Positions 1-9,672 of a stretch of DNA of 64,000 nt are shown one piece after another. The stretch comes from Longimicrobiales bacterium (GTDB lineage: Bacteria > Gemmatimonadota > Gemmatimonadetes > Longimicrobiales > Gaopeijiaceae), in assembly GCA_965204735.1 (NCBI GenBank), contig OZ242008.1:1632001-1696000 (forward strand), given 5' to 3'. Numbering within the stretch: the stretch's first letter is position 1; each line of letters starts with the position of its first letter. A program made the translations under genes and the position numbers. The notes below the pieces were generated by a model. It made no database searches. It saw only the letters and a program-made list of their open reading frames with translations, and was not told the DNA's origin.

Positions 1-128
1 CGGGCGGGCTCCAGCGGGAGGCCCCGGTCCGGGTCCGGCTTCTCCTCCCGGGCGTCCTGGGCGTGAACGGCCAGAGGCGCGAGGAAGAGCAGCGCGGCCG
101 CCATGGGACTGCGGTTCGAGAAGCGCAT
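1..128 (-). CDS. 5' end of a secreted protein running off the window (MRFSNRSPMAAALLFLAPLAVHAQDAREEKPDPDRGLPLEPAR...)
   Basis: Manual translation: ATG at 128 with GGAG upstream and a Sec signal peptide ending VHA-Q. Not in the ORF track because it is truncated. Confidence 0.65.
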   Translation of the reverse strand, partial: MRFSNRSPMAAALLFLAPLAVHAQDAREEKPDPDRGLPLEPA

Positions 129-397
129 TCGCCGACTCCGTGCGTCGTGGTTGAGGATGGCGGGGCGGGAGGGTCGAAAGACGCCGCAAGAGCCGTTGGT
201 GGGCAGTCGTCCGAATCGGGGCTCCCTCCAACCCCCAACGCGGAGTATAGTGTCAGGCGGCGTCTGACGCCATTTCGACGTTCTTCGCGTGGTCCCCCTA
301 GACATGCAGGCCGATGCGGCTTACCTTGCCCAGTGATGCTCCAGCTGATGTCAACACGGAAGCTCGCCTTCGGACAACGGAGAGGGGGAAGCGTCAG

Positions 398-3004
398 ATG
401 CGAAACCTGTTCTGCGACCACGATGTGCTGCGGAACGAAGCCGATGTCGAACAGAACTTCGCCCGCCGACTGATTGAGGCACTTGGATACTCGGACGTCG
501 CCATTCGGCCCAAGACTGCCCTGGAGTCGCTGACGATCGGCAATGTCGGCACCGACCGCCTGTACCGCCCCGATTTTGCTATGAAAGCTGCCGGGCACAT
601 ACGTTGGATCCTCGAAGCCAAATCACCCGGCGTCCGGCTTGGCGCCCATACTCCACAAGCACGAGGTTACTGCGAAGCGATCAACGCAGCTTACAGTACG
701 GCGAGTCCTGTCAAGTACTTTGTGCTGACCAACGGCCTCGAGACTCATGTCTACGAGGCAGCCGAAACCCGACCCGCGTTGACGTTGAGTTTCGGCCAGT
801 TCGTGACTGACGATTCCGATTACAGCGCGCTAGTTCGCCTACTGCGGCCGGCCGCCTTTGTCGCAGGCTCCATAAAGCCAGAAGTATCTGACATCATATC
901 GTTTTCCAAGCCGACCATCAATGAAATCAACCTCGTCTTTTCCAAATGCCATCAATTCATTCATCAATCAGACAAGATAAGTCAAGCGAAGGGATTTGAA
1001 GAATTCGTGAAGTTGATTACCTTGAAGTTGCTTTCCGATAAAGCAATCCGAGATCAGTATCCCGGCCTAACTGTTGAGCACCATTTCGATCACCCGGCAG
1101 CAGACGTCGAATTCTCAATGCATTGGCTTCGGCGGCATGAGACCACCACACCTAATCCGGTTGACTCCATTCTGTTCAGGCGTTTTATGGATGATGTCGA
1201 GACACAGATTGCTCGTCGTGTGAGAAAACGTTTTTTTGACCAAGGCGAACAAATCCAACTCAAGCCAGAAACCATTCGGGGTGTTGTGAAACGGCTAGAA
1301 GCCTACTACCTGTATGGTATCGACGCAGACTTGAACGGACGGCTGTTTGAGAATTTTCTGAGTGCAACTATGCGAGGCAAGGACCTAGGCCAGTACTTTA
1401 CTCCCCGGACGCTCGTCAAGCTGGGTGTCGGACTAGGAAATCTCAACCCGAAAGACATGGTGCTTGACGGTTCCTGTGGTACCGGCGGCTTCTTGATTGA
1501 TGCGCTTGCCGATATGTGGACCAAAGTAAATCGTAATGTTTCCTTGTCTGAACAAGCCAAAGCTAATGAGCGCAAAGCGATAGCCGATTCGCGGATTTTC
1601 GGCATTGATTTTGCTAAGAGTCCTAACCTTGCCAAAATCGCCCGATTGAACATGTACTTGCATGGTGATGGAGGAAGTCGCATTTTCAATATTGATGGTC
1701 TTGATCTCAAGGTGAGGGCCGAGGCGACGGATTCACCGGAGGAAATAACGGAAAAAGACGAATTTCGTCAATTGGACCTTGCTGGTCGTTTTGACATAGT
1801 GTTGACCAATCCTCCATTTTCCAAGAAATACGAGAGAAAGACAGAAGGAGACGCACGGATACTTGACCAATACGTAGTGGCAAGTGGTAGAAGCAACCTA
1901 CTTGCCAAGTTGATGTTTTTCGAGATGTACCATCACTACCTAGCTCCAGGCGGACGATTGATCTCGGTTATCGACGACGGCTTTCTGTCCGGTGATTCTC
2001 ATCGGGAATTTAGAAAACAGCTTCGACGCATGTATCTCATCAAGGCGGTTGTTTCGTTGCCAGGGGATGCGTTTCAGCGATCGGACGCCAGAGTAAAGAC
2101 ATCATTTGTAGTTCTGGAGAAACGTCGCACCGTGGCCGACCATGATGGACAACCATCCGTCTTCATGTATGCTTGCCGGTACGTAGGTCTTGATGATCCC
2201 AAACGCACACGGTGGATGCCTGGAGATGACGAGCTGCGGGGTAAAGCGAAGGACGAGATGACAAGTGTTGTTCGAGAATATCAGGCCTTTCTCGATGGTA
2301 ACGGCGACGCACGGTACATAGTGCCAGCGAACCGCGTGGCAGAGCGACTGGACGTCAAGAATTGCTTGATCACGCGTACTTGGCGCAGCATGGGCAAGGA
2401 GACGGGACGAACGCTTTCAGACGTAGCGGAACTCAAAGTGTTCGGTTCTTCGGATACGATTGACTGCATGAGTCACGGGGAGTATGAAAGACTGTTTACA
2501 GTACAGTATGACGGTACACCTCGTCCCGGTCGGAGCATCATTCCAAGAACTGAGACTCAGTACGCGGAACTGTATCGGGTGCGGACGGGCGACATTGTTA
2601 TATCGAACATAGCGGCGTCTTATGGGAGTGTTGCTGTAGTGCCAACTAATATGGCCGGAATGTTGGTATCGAAGGAGTACACCGTGCTGCGAGCGAAGAA
2701 GGGATACGACCCGAGGGTCGTTTGCGCTGTGTTGCGTTCACCGGAGTTGCGGGCAGAGATGCTGGTACGGTCAACCGGAGCCAACCGAACACGCGTGCGG
2801 TGGTCGGAGATTGAGGACGTTGACTTCCCGTACCCAAAGGCGAAAGACGTCGAGCGTTTTGTGCAATGCGTGGAGGAGGCCGAAGCGGCGAGACGGAAAG
2901 TTCAAATGGCGGTTCGGGAGTCGAGAACAGCACTAAATCAGGCACTCGGCCTCGATCAGGAGTCGGCCCACGCTATCTTGGATGCATTTAGGCCGCCGAA
3001 GTAG
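398..3004 (+). CDS. Single-chain restriction-modification enzyme (Type IIG/IIC-like): PD-(D/E)xK nuclease + N6-adenine methyltransferase + one target-recognition domain
   Basis: RPDF...LEAK nuclease motif, GQYFTP, motif I DGSCGTGGFL, motif IV NPPF, and an HsdS-like C-terminus (GDIVIS...G.VAVV). ATG 398 follows a purine-rich SD. AT-richer than flanks. Confidence 0.85.
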   Translation: MRNLFCDHDVLRNEADVEQNFARRLIEALGYSDVAIRPKTALESLTIGNVGTDRLYRPDFAMKAAGHIRWILEAKSPGVRLGAHTPQARGYCEAINAAYSTASPVKYFVLTNGLETHVYEAAETRPALTLSFGQFVTDDSDYSALVRLLRPAAFVAGSIKPEVSDIISFSKPTINEINLVFSKCHQFIHQSDKISQAKGFEEFVKLITLKLLSDKAIRDQYPGLTVEHHFDHPAADVEFSMHWLRRHETTTPNPVDSILFRRFMDDVETQIARRVRKRFFDQGEQIQLKPETIRGVVKRLEAYYLYGIDADLNGRLFENFLSATMRGKDLGQYFTPRTLVKLGVGLGNLNPKDMVLDGSCGTGGFLIDALADMWTKVNRNVSLSEQAKANERKAIADSRIFGIDFAKSPNLAKIARLNMYLHGDGGSRIFNIDGLDLKVRAEATDSPEEITEKDEFRQLDLAGRFDIVLTNPPFSKKYERKTEGDARILDQYVVASGRSNLLAKLMFFEMYHHYLAPGGRLISVIDDGFLSGDSHREFRKQLRRMYLIKAVVSLPGDAFQRSDARVKTSFVVLEKRRTVADHDGQPSVFMYACRYVGLDDPKRTRWMPGDDELRGKAKDEMTSVVREYQAFLDGNGDARYIVPANRVAERLDVKNCLITRTWRSMGKETGRTLSDVAELKVFGSSDTIDCMSHGEYERLFTVQYDGTPRPGRSIIPRTETQYAELYRVRTGDIVISNIAASYGSVAVVPTNMAGMLVSKEYTVLRAKKGYDPRVVCAVLRSPELRAEMLVRSTGANRTRVRWSEIEDVDFPYPKAKDVERFVQCVEEAEAARRKVQMAVRESRTALNQALGLDQESAHAILDAFRPPK

Positions 3005-3065
3005 GTGGTGCGATGAGTGGTAAAGGGGGCTACATCGGTTGGATCGCAAGGGTTGGCTACCCGCC

Positions 3066-3980
3066 ATGACCGCGCCCGCCCCTCTCGACATCGCCCTGAT
3101 CTCGGTGTCCATCGACTTGGGCGCCGGTCGCCGGGGCGTGGACATGGGGCCGTCGGCGTTGCGGATCGCGGGAATCGCCGAAGCCTTGGAGGCCGTGGGC
3201 CACCGGGTTCACGAAGGCGGGCTGGTCGCGGCCGGGGGACTGGAGACGAGCGACCCCGGAGACGCCGCCCTGCGGTTTCTGGAAGAAGTGGCCCGGGTGG
3301 CCGGGCGGACCCGCTTTCTGGTGTCGCGGGCGCTGGAGCACGGCTGGCTCCCCCTGGTGCTGGGGGGCGACCACTCCCTCTCCATCGGCTCGATCGCCGC
3401 CGTCGCGGACCACTTTCGCGAGCGGCGAAAGCCCCTGGGCGCGATCTGGGTGGACGCCCACACCGACATGAACCTGCCCGAGACCACGCCCAGCGGGAAC
3501 ATCCACGGCATGCCGCTGGCGGTCCTCATGGGCCGGGGCGCGGGAAGGCTGACGGGACCGGTGCCGAGCCTCCGCCCCGAGCACGTGTGCGTGCTGGGCG
3601 CGCGGGAAGTGGACCCGGGCGAGAAGGCGCTGATCTCGGAGATGGGGGTCCGCGTCTTCACGATGTCGGAGATCGACGCCCGGGGCGTGGGGCAGTGCAT
3701 GGAGGAAGCCCTGGAGCGAGCGACCGACGGCACCGCCGGCTTCCACCTCTCCTTCGACGTGGACTCGCTGGACCCGCGCTTCGCGCCGGGCGTGGGGACG
3801 CCGGTTCCGGGCGGCCTCACCAACCGGGAAGCCCACTTGGTGTGCGAGACGGCGGCCCGATCCGGGGGCGTGGTCGCAATGGACCTGGTCGAGCTCAACC
3901 CGGTGCTGGACAGCCGCAACGACACTGCGGCCCTGGCCGTCGGCTTGGCGGCTTCGGCCCTGGGCAAGACGATCCTCTAA
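3066..3980 (+). CDS. rocF: Arginase
   Basis: GGDHS, DAHTD, SGNIHGMP, SFDVDSLDP..PGVGTPVPGG and ELNP ureohydrolase motifs. Confidence 0.92.
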   Translation: MTAPAPLDIALISVSIDLGAGRRGVDMGPSALRIAGIAEALEAVGHRVHEGGLVAAGGLETSDPGDAALRFLEEVARVAGRTRFLVSRALEHGWLPLVLGGDHSLSIGSIAAVADHFRERRKPLGAIWVDAHTDMNLPETTPSGNIHGMPLAVLMGRGAGRLTGPVPSLRPEHVCVLGAREVDPGEKALISEMGVRVFTMSEIDARGVGQCMEEALERATDGTAGFHLSFDVDSLDPRFAPGVGTPVPGGLTNREAHLVCETAARSGGVVAMDLVELNPVLDSRNDTAALAVGLAASALGKTIL

Positions 3981-3999
3981 CGCGGCGCCGACGAGCCTC

Positions 4000-6057
4000 G
4001 TGATCTCCGCCAACGGCCTCGCCAAGTCCTTCGGGGGACGCGTCCTCTTCGCCGGCGCCTCGTTCCGGCTGAACCCGGGCGAGCGCTACGGCCTGGTGGG
4101 CGCCAACGGCTCCGGAAAGACCACGCTCCTGCGCATCCTCGCAGGCGATGCGACGGCCAGCGCCGGAGAGGTGTCGGTCCCGAAGCGGGTTCGTCTGGGA
4201 GTGCTGCGCCAGGACCAGTTCCTCCACCGCGACGAGCCGATCCTGCAAGTCGCGCTCATGGGCAACCGCGAGCTGTGGGAAGCCATGGAGGAGAAGGAGA
4301 AGCTCCTGGCGGCTGCCGAGGGGATCGGCGTGGAGGGCGCGAAGGGGGCCGGGGCGGCCGCCGGCGCCGACGAGGCCGCCGGGGAGTTCGACGCCGAGCG
4401 CTTCTCGGTGCTGGAGGAGATCGTCCAGAGCCACGACGGCTACGCGGCCGAGTCCAGGGCGGGAGCGATCCTGGAAGGCCTGGGGATTCCGGCCTCGATC
4501 CACCGGGACCCCCTCTCCACCCTTTCCGGCGGCTTCCGGCTGCGGGTCCTCTTGGCGCAGGTGCTGGCCGGCGCTCCCGACGCCCTCCTCCTCGACGAGC
4601 CCACGAACCACCTGGACATCCTGTCGATCCGCTGGCTGGAGAAGTTCCTGCGGGAGTTCCCGGGCCCGATGGTGCTGGTCAGCCACGACCACCGGTTCCT
4701 GGACAACGTGGTCACGCACATTCTGGACGTGGACTACGAGACGGTGCTGTACTATCCAGGAGGCTTCGAGGAGTTCCGCGCGGCCAAGGCCGAGGAGCGG
4801 GGGCGGCGGGAGAAGGAGATCGCCACCCGGGAGCGGGAGATCGCCCACCACCAGAAGTTCGTGGACCGCTTCCGGGCCAAGGCGACCAAGGCCCGTCAGG
4901 CCCAGAGCCGGGTCCGCCTCATCGAGAAGAAGGCCGACGCCCTGGTGGAGCTTCCCCGCAGCTCCCGCCGCTGGCCCACGTTCCGCTTCGAGCAGGCGCG
5001 TCCCAGCGGCAAGGAAGTGGTGCGCGTGACCGGCGTCTCCAAGTCCTACGGCGACAACCAAGTCCTGGACGGGGTGGAGCTGGAGGTCGTCCGCGGCGAC
5101 CGGCTGGCGGTGATGGGACCCAACGGGATCGGCAAGTCCACCCTGCTCAAGATCATGACGGGGCGGCTGGAAGCCGACGCCGGCTCCGTCGAATGGGGGT
5201 ACGAGACGAGACCCGGCTACTTCGCCCAGGACCAAGAGGACCACTTCCGCTCCCTGCGCCGACGCGCCGAGGCGTGGGTCGGCGACTTCTGCGACGGTCG
5301 GGACAGGGGCTACGTCCGGGGCATGATGGGAAGGATGCTCTTCTCGGGAGACGACGCGGAGAAGCCCCTGAAGGCGCTCTCGGGCGGCGAGGCGGCGCGC
5401 CTGGTCTTCTGCAGCCTCATGATCCAGGCGCCCAACGTGCTGGTGCTCGACGAGCCCACCAACCACCTGGACATGGAGTCGATCGAGGCGCTGGTGGACG
5501 GGCTTGGGGCGTACGAGGGGACGCTGGTCTTCGTCTCCCACGACCGCTGGTTCGTCAGCCGCCTGGCGAACCGGATCGTGGAGATCACGCCCGAGGGCGT
5601 CCGGGAGTACCGCGGCAGCTACGACGAGTACGTCCACTTCTGCGGCGACGACCACCTGGACGTGGACCGGGTGGTGCTGAAGGCGAAGGCGAAGACGAGG
5701 GCGGCGCGGCGGAAGGACGGCGCTCCGCGCTCCGGCGTCCGATCCAAGAAGGGGCGCCGTGGGCCGCCCAGCCCCAAGAGGGCGCGCCCCACGTCGCCCG
5801 GCCCCAGCCGGCGCTCCTCCAGGGACGGCAGGTCGCGGGAGCTCCGACGCCGAAACCTGATCAAGCGCATCGAGGAGCTGGAGGCGAGGCTGCTCGCCAC
5901 CGACCGCAGGCTGGCCGATCCGGAGACGTACGCGAACCCCGCCGACGGCAAGGCGAAGGAGCTGGTGGAGCAGCGCGAAATCGACACGGTCGAAGTCGAG
6001 CGGCTCATGGCCGACTGGGAGGAGCTGGAGGCCGAAATCGAGGAAGGGAACCGATGA
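4000..6057 (+). CDS. ABC-F family ATPase with C-terminal coiled-coil extension
   Basis: Two ABC cassettes (GANGSGKT/LSGG/LDEPTNHLD; GPNGIGKS/LSGGE/LDEPTNHLD), linker FRAKATKARQAQSR, no TM segments. Confidence 0.92.
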   Translation: MISANGLAKSFGGRVLFAGASFRLNPGERYGLVGANGSGKTTLLRILAGDATASAGEVSVPKRVRLGVLRQDQFLHRDEPILQVALMGNRELWEAMEEKEKLLAAAEGIGVEGAKGAGAAAGADEAAGEFDAERFSVLEEIVQSHDGYAAESRAGAILEGLGIPASIHRDPLSTLSGGFRLRVLLAQVLAGAPDALLLDEPTNHLDILSIRWLEKFLREFPGPMVLVSHDHRFLDNVVTHILDVDYETVLYYPGGFEEFRAAKAEERGRREKEIATREREIAHHQKFVDRFRAKATKARQAQSRVRLIEKKADALVELPRSSRRWPTFRFEQARPSGKEVVRVTGVSKSYGDNQVLDGVELEVVRGDRLAVMGPNGIGKSTLLKIMTGRLEADAGSVEWGYETRPGYFAQDQEDHFRSLRRRAEAWVGDFCDGRDRGYVRGMMGRMLFSGDDAEKPLKALSGGEAARLVFCSLMIQAPNVLVLDEPTNHLDMESIEALVDGLGAYEGTLVFVSHDRWFVSRLANRIVEITPEGVREYRGSYDEYVHFCGDDHLDVDRVVLKAKAKTRAARRKDGAPRSGVRSKKGRRGPPSPKRARPTSPGPSRRSSRDGRSRELRRRNLIKRIEELEARLLATDRRLADPETYANPADGKAKELVEQREIDTVEVERLMADWEELEAEIEEGNR

Positions 6058-6155
6058 ACCTCCGCGGTGTACCGGTACGTGCGACCCTGCCAAGCGGGCA
6101 GGGCTCGCCCTTCGCCAAATGCTCGACACGAGGAGACAAGGGGAAGACCTAGGCC

Positions 6156-7310
6156 ATGAAGACAAGACGACACGTCAGTTGGGGGCGCTGCCTGGGGACG
6201 CTCGTGGCGGCCGCGGGCTGGCTTGCGCCGGCCGCGTCGGCCCATGCGGGCCAGGAGATCGAGTGGAAGCTGGCCGAGTCCCCCGCGTTCGAGGTCGGCC
6301 GAGACGGCTCCATGTGGCTCAGCCGAGTCGAGGACGCAGTCTTCACTCCCGACGGAAGCCTGGTGATCGCGGATTCCGGCAACCGGCGCATGCTGCGGTT
6401 GTCGCCCAGCGGGGAAGCGACCGATTCGCTCGGTCGGGAAGGCCAAGGGCCGGGGGAGTTCCAGTGGATATACAGACTCTACTCGTCCGGCGACACAGTC
6501 TTCGCCTACGATACTGGCGTTCAACGAGTCACGGCATGGGTCCCTGGGCAAGATCCCGAAGTCGTGCGCATGCCCACGGTGAACGGCCACGCCACGATCC
6601 TTCACGGCGTCGCCTCGCCCGACTCCTGGCTCGTATCGACGAACGAGAGCGCCGGCGAGGGCCGTACCGGCCTGCGAGAAAAGTGGACTGAGCTGCTGGC
6701 GTTCGACCCGACTTCGCGGGCGACCAGGAGCCTGGGCCGCCGGCAGATAGGCTACCAGTACTTCTTTGCCCAGCAGCACGGCTCCACCACCTACCGAACC
6801 CAGTACCTCGGCGAGGCCCAGCTGGCCGCGTCGCGCGGTCGATGGTTCTTCGTGCCGCTGCACGGGCCTGGCATGGAGGTCGGCGACGTGTCGGGCGGAG
6901 ATTCGAGGGAAGCGACCTTGCCCGTCGAGCCCCATTCCTACCGGCAAGATGGGTTCAGGGCGAGCTGGGAGCCGCTCCTGTCGAGCGCCACCGGCTCGTC
7001 GAGGTCGCGCATCCGCGCCGTGTTCGCGGACCTGCGGGGGAAGCTGCCCAGGCGCGACGCCCCACTGGCGCGGAACGTGCTCGTGGTCGGCGAGGACGTG
7101 TGGCTCGAGAGGTACGCTCCCGAGGCCGCCCACGGACGCGCCGAGGAGCCGGAGTGGGTCGTCGTGAGTCCGAAGGACGGCGCCCTGCGCGCCACCCTCA
7201 AGCTCGGCCGAGGCATGGAGCTCCTGGCCGCCAACGCCGATCTTGCCGCGGTGCTGACGACGACGGAGCTTGGCGAGGAGATCGTTCAGGTGCGGAGAGT
7301 GCTTCGGTGA
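6156..7310 (+). CDS. Secreted 6-bladed beta-propeller (NHL-like) protein
   Basis: Signal peptide (AHA-G), IADSGNRR and GREGQGPGEF NHL-like motifs. Confidence 0.65.
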   Translation: MKTRRHVSWGRCLGTLVAAAGWLAPAASAHAGQEIEWKLAESPAFEVGRDGSMWLSRVEDAVFTPDGSLVIADSGNRRMLRLSPSGEATDSLGREGQGPGEFQWIYRLYSSGDTVFAYDTGVQRVTAWVPGQDPEVVRMPTVNGHATILHGVASPDSWLVSTNESAGEGRTGLREKWTELLAFDPTSRATRSLGRRQIGYQYFFAQQHGSTTYRTQYLGEAQLAASRGRWFFVPLHGPGMEVGDVSGGDSREATLPVEPHSYRQDGFRASWEPLLSSATGSSRSRIRAVFADLRGKLPRRDAPLARNVLVVGEDVWLERYAPEAAHGRAEEPEWVVVSPKDGALRATLKLGRGMELLAANADLAAVLTTTELGEEIVQVRRVLR

Positions 7311-7318
7311 GGAGGCGC

Positions 7319-8329
7319 ATGGGTGGCGACGCGGCGGGACGGACAGACGGCTTGACGAAACGGCGCGACGCCGGAAGGATGGCGTCGTGGGCGGCCTGGG
7401 TCGTGGCGCCGGCCCTTGCCGCCGCCGCCTGCGAGGGGGCGTGGCCCGAACCGCCTGCGCTCGAGCCGGCGGCCTTCACGGCCGAGCACGAGGAGTGGCG
7501 GCTGGAGCGGCAGGCGAGCTTGGTGGACCCGTCGGGGAGGGGCGCAGTCCTGTGGAGCGGCCTCTGGGAGCTCCCCGAGGGGGTCGTCTACTTCGGCGCC
7601 GACTCTTCCCTGCAGATCGTGCTGCCGGCCGAGGACTCGCCCCCCGTGGCAGGGGCGTTGCGTCGCACTGGACGGCGCGTGGTGCTCGAGCCGGCGGACG
7701 GGGTCGACCTGCGCTTTCGCGACGGCGAGGCCGGCGGCGAGCTGGTGGCGGGCCCCACCACGCTGGAGAACGACCGCTCCGACAGCGTCACCGTCCTCTT
7801 GCTGGGCTCGCTGGGGCTGCGCGTGCACGCGGAGCGGGGAACGCCCCGGCTCTGGTTGCGGGCGTGGGACCGGGACTCGCCCAAGCGCGACTCCTTTCGC
7901 CTGCCGCCGTACTACCCGGTGAGCGGCGAGTGGCGCTTCGCGGCCCGCATGGACTCCTACCCCGAGCCCAGGACGTTCGAGCTGGCGGACGTGACCGACG
8001 GGACCGTGGAGAACGTGTCGCCTGGAGAGCTGGTCTTCCGCACGGACGGGCAGGAGAGGCGCTTGGTCGCGTTCGCCACCGAGAGCAGCAGCAACTACTT
8101 CGTCATGCTGTGGGACTCGACGGCGACCACCGAGACCTACCAGGCCGGACGCTACATGCGGGTGCCGTTTCCGGGCGAGGACGGCTGGACGGTGATCGAC
8201 TTCAACCGGGCCTACAACCCGCCGTGCGTCTTCACGCCGTACTCGGTGTGCAGTCTTCCGCCCCGAGAAAGCAGGCTGGCGACGGCCGTGAGCGCGGGGG
8301 AGAAGCGGCCGGAAGCCGCCCCCTACTGA
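7319..8329 (+). CDS. DUF1684 family lipoprotein
   Basis: TYQAGRY and IDFNRAYNPPCVFTPYSVCSLPP...AGEK signature; lipobox-like AAAC. Alternative start is ATG 7379. Confidence 0.8.
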   Translation: MGGDAAGRTDGLTKRRDAGRMASWAAWVVAPALAAAACEGAWPEPPALEPAAFTAEHEEWRLERQASLVDPSGRGAVLWSGLWELPEGVVYFGADSSLQIVLPAEDSPPVAGALRRTGRRVVLEPADGVDLRFRDGEAGGELVAGPTTLENDRSDSVTVLLLGSLGLRVHAERGTPRLWLRAWDRDSPKRDSFRLPPYYPVSGEWRFAARMDSYPEPRTFELADVTDGTVENVSPGELVFRTDGQERRLVAFATESSSNYFVMLWDSTATTETYQAGRYMRVPFPGEDGWTVIDFNRAYNPPCVFTPYSVCSLPPRESRLATAVSAGEKRPEAAPY

Positions 8330-8575
8330 CCGGCGCGAGGCCCAACTGCTTTAGTGGTAGGTCGCTAAGACGGCCTTGTTCATTGGGACGCACGGGGCCT
8401 CCGGGCCGGTCCAGAAGAGACGAAAAAAAATCTGTCCCATCCAGCCATGGAAATGGCGCATCCTCGGTGAGACACTGAGGACCAGGGCCGGAGACCGTCC
8501 CGGCCAGCTTCGGGGGAACTCCGTCCGCGACGCCTCCGAAGCGCCTCTCGTCTCGGACGCACTGGAGCCGCCGCC

Positions 8576-9646
8576 ATGGACCCTTCCACCAACGAACCGC
8601 CCAATCTCCCCAAGCCGGAACGCCGCCGCCACGACCAGAGCTACAAGCGCCTCTTCAACACGACGGGCGGCGGCGTGGCCCTCGTCCGCGACCTCGCGGC
8701 CATGGGCTGGGCCGACGAGTTCGACCTGCCGGCCGCCGACCCCTTCCCCACCGAGACCGTGGGCCCCGACCTGCGGCGCCGGCTCTGCGACTGCGCGTGG
8801 CGCGTCCGGTTCAAGGACGGTCGATCCGCCGTCTTCCTCTTCGAGTTCCAGTCCTCCGTCGATCCGGGCATGGTCCTCAAGACGCTGCGCTACACCGAGG
8901 CCGCCTACACGGTGCTGCACACGCTCAAGCGCCAGCGCGACCCCGACGGCGCCATGCCCCTCGTGCTCTCGTTCGTCGTCTACACCGGCACGAGGCCATG
9001 GACGGCCGAGACGACGCTGGCCGGGCTGGCCGGCAGGGAGGAGCCATCGCCGGTCGTGGCGCGGGCGGTCGCTGGCTTGGCGACCACTCACGGCTACGGG
9101 CTGCTTGACTTGCGGTCGGCGCTGGCGCAAGGGTTGCTTCCCAGGGAGAGCGTGCTGGGCTGGGTCGCGGCGCTGGAGGAGGACCCGTGGACGAACTTTC
9201 CGGCGGTGCACCAGAGCATGGCGGAGCAGTGGGCCGGCCCGGACTATCTTGCAGAGCGGCAGGCGTTCGCGGACTGGACGGACGAGCGGCTACGTGTGGT
9301 GAGGGTGCCCAAGGAGGTACGTGAGGACATCGTGGAGCAGATCATCCAACCGAAGGAGGAGGAAGAGATGGGCCAGACCTATGCGGAGTGGGCGGAGGGC
9401 CACCGGCAGCGGGGCCTGGAGCAGGGGCTCGAACAGGGGCTCGAACGGGGTCGCGCGGAAGGCCGAGCGGTCTTGCTGCGTCAGGCTTCGCGGCGGTTCG
9501 GGGCCCAGACGGCGCGACGGCTGGAGGCGCGGGTGCGCTCCATGAGCGCCGAGCAGCTGGCGCGGGTCGGGGACGCGGTCGTGGAGTGCGACACTGCCGA
9601 CGACTTCCTGGCCGTGGCCGGCAACAGCGACGCGGAGGGGCCGTAG
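8576..9646 (+). CDS. Rpn family recombination-promoting nuclease / putative transposase (PD-(D/E)xK)
   Basis: HDQSYKRLF, R.CD, FEFQS..D..M..R.Y, V.YTG...W, then GLEQGLEQGLERGRAEG repeats and a helical C-terminal domain. Confidence 0.85.
   Translation: MDPSTNEPPNLPKPERRRHDQSYKRLFNTTGGGVALVRDLAAMGWADEFDLPAADPFPTETVGPDLRRRLCDCAWRVRFKDGRSAVFLFEFQSSVDPGMVLKTLRYTEAAYTVLHTLKRQRDPDGAMPLVLSFVVYTGTRPWTAETTLAGLAGREEPSPVVARAVAGLATTHGYGLLDLRSALAQGLLPRESVLGWVAALEEDPWTNFPAVHQSMAEQWAGPDYLAERQAFADWTDERLRVVRVPKEVREDIVEQIIQPKEEEEMGQTYAEWAEGHRQRGLEQGLEQGLERGRAEGRAVLLRQASRRFGAQTARRLEARVRSMSAEQLARVGDAVVECDTADDFLAVAGNSDAEGP
9368..9646 (+). CDS. Putative in-frame internal small protein (RpnS-like intragenic antitoxin, 92 aa)
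   Basis: AAGGAGG at 9353-9359, 8 nt before in-frame ATG 9368, immediately ahead of the G..EG repeats. Confidence 0.55.
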   Translation: MGQTYAEWAEGHRQRGLEQGLEQGLERGRAEGRAVLLRQASRRFGAQTARRLEARVRSMSAEQLARVGDAVVECDTADDFLAVAGNSDAEGP

Positions 9647-9672
9647 TGGACGGAAGCGACGCCAAGCCGTCG

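Noticed and set aside
8576..9646. Insertion sequence
   Set aside because: No terminal inverted repeats or target duplication seen; Rpn proteins are not demonstrated IS transposases.
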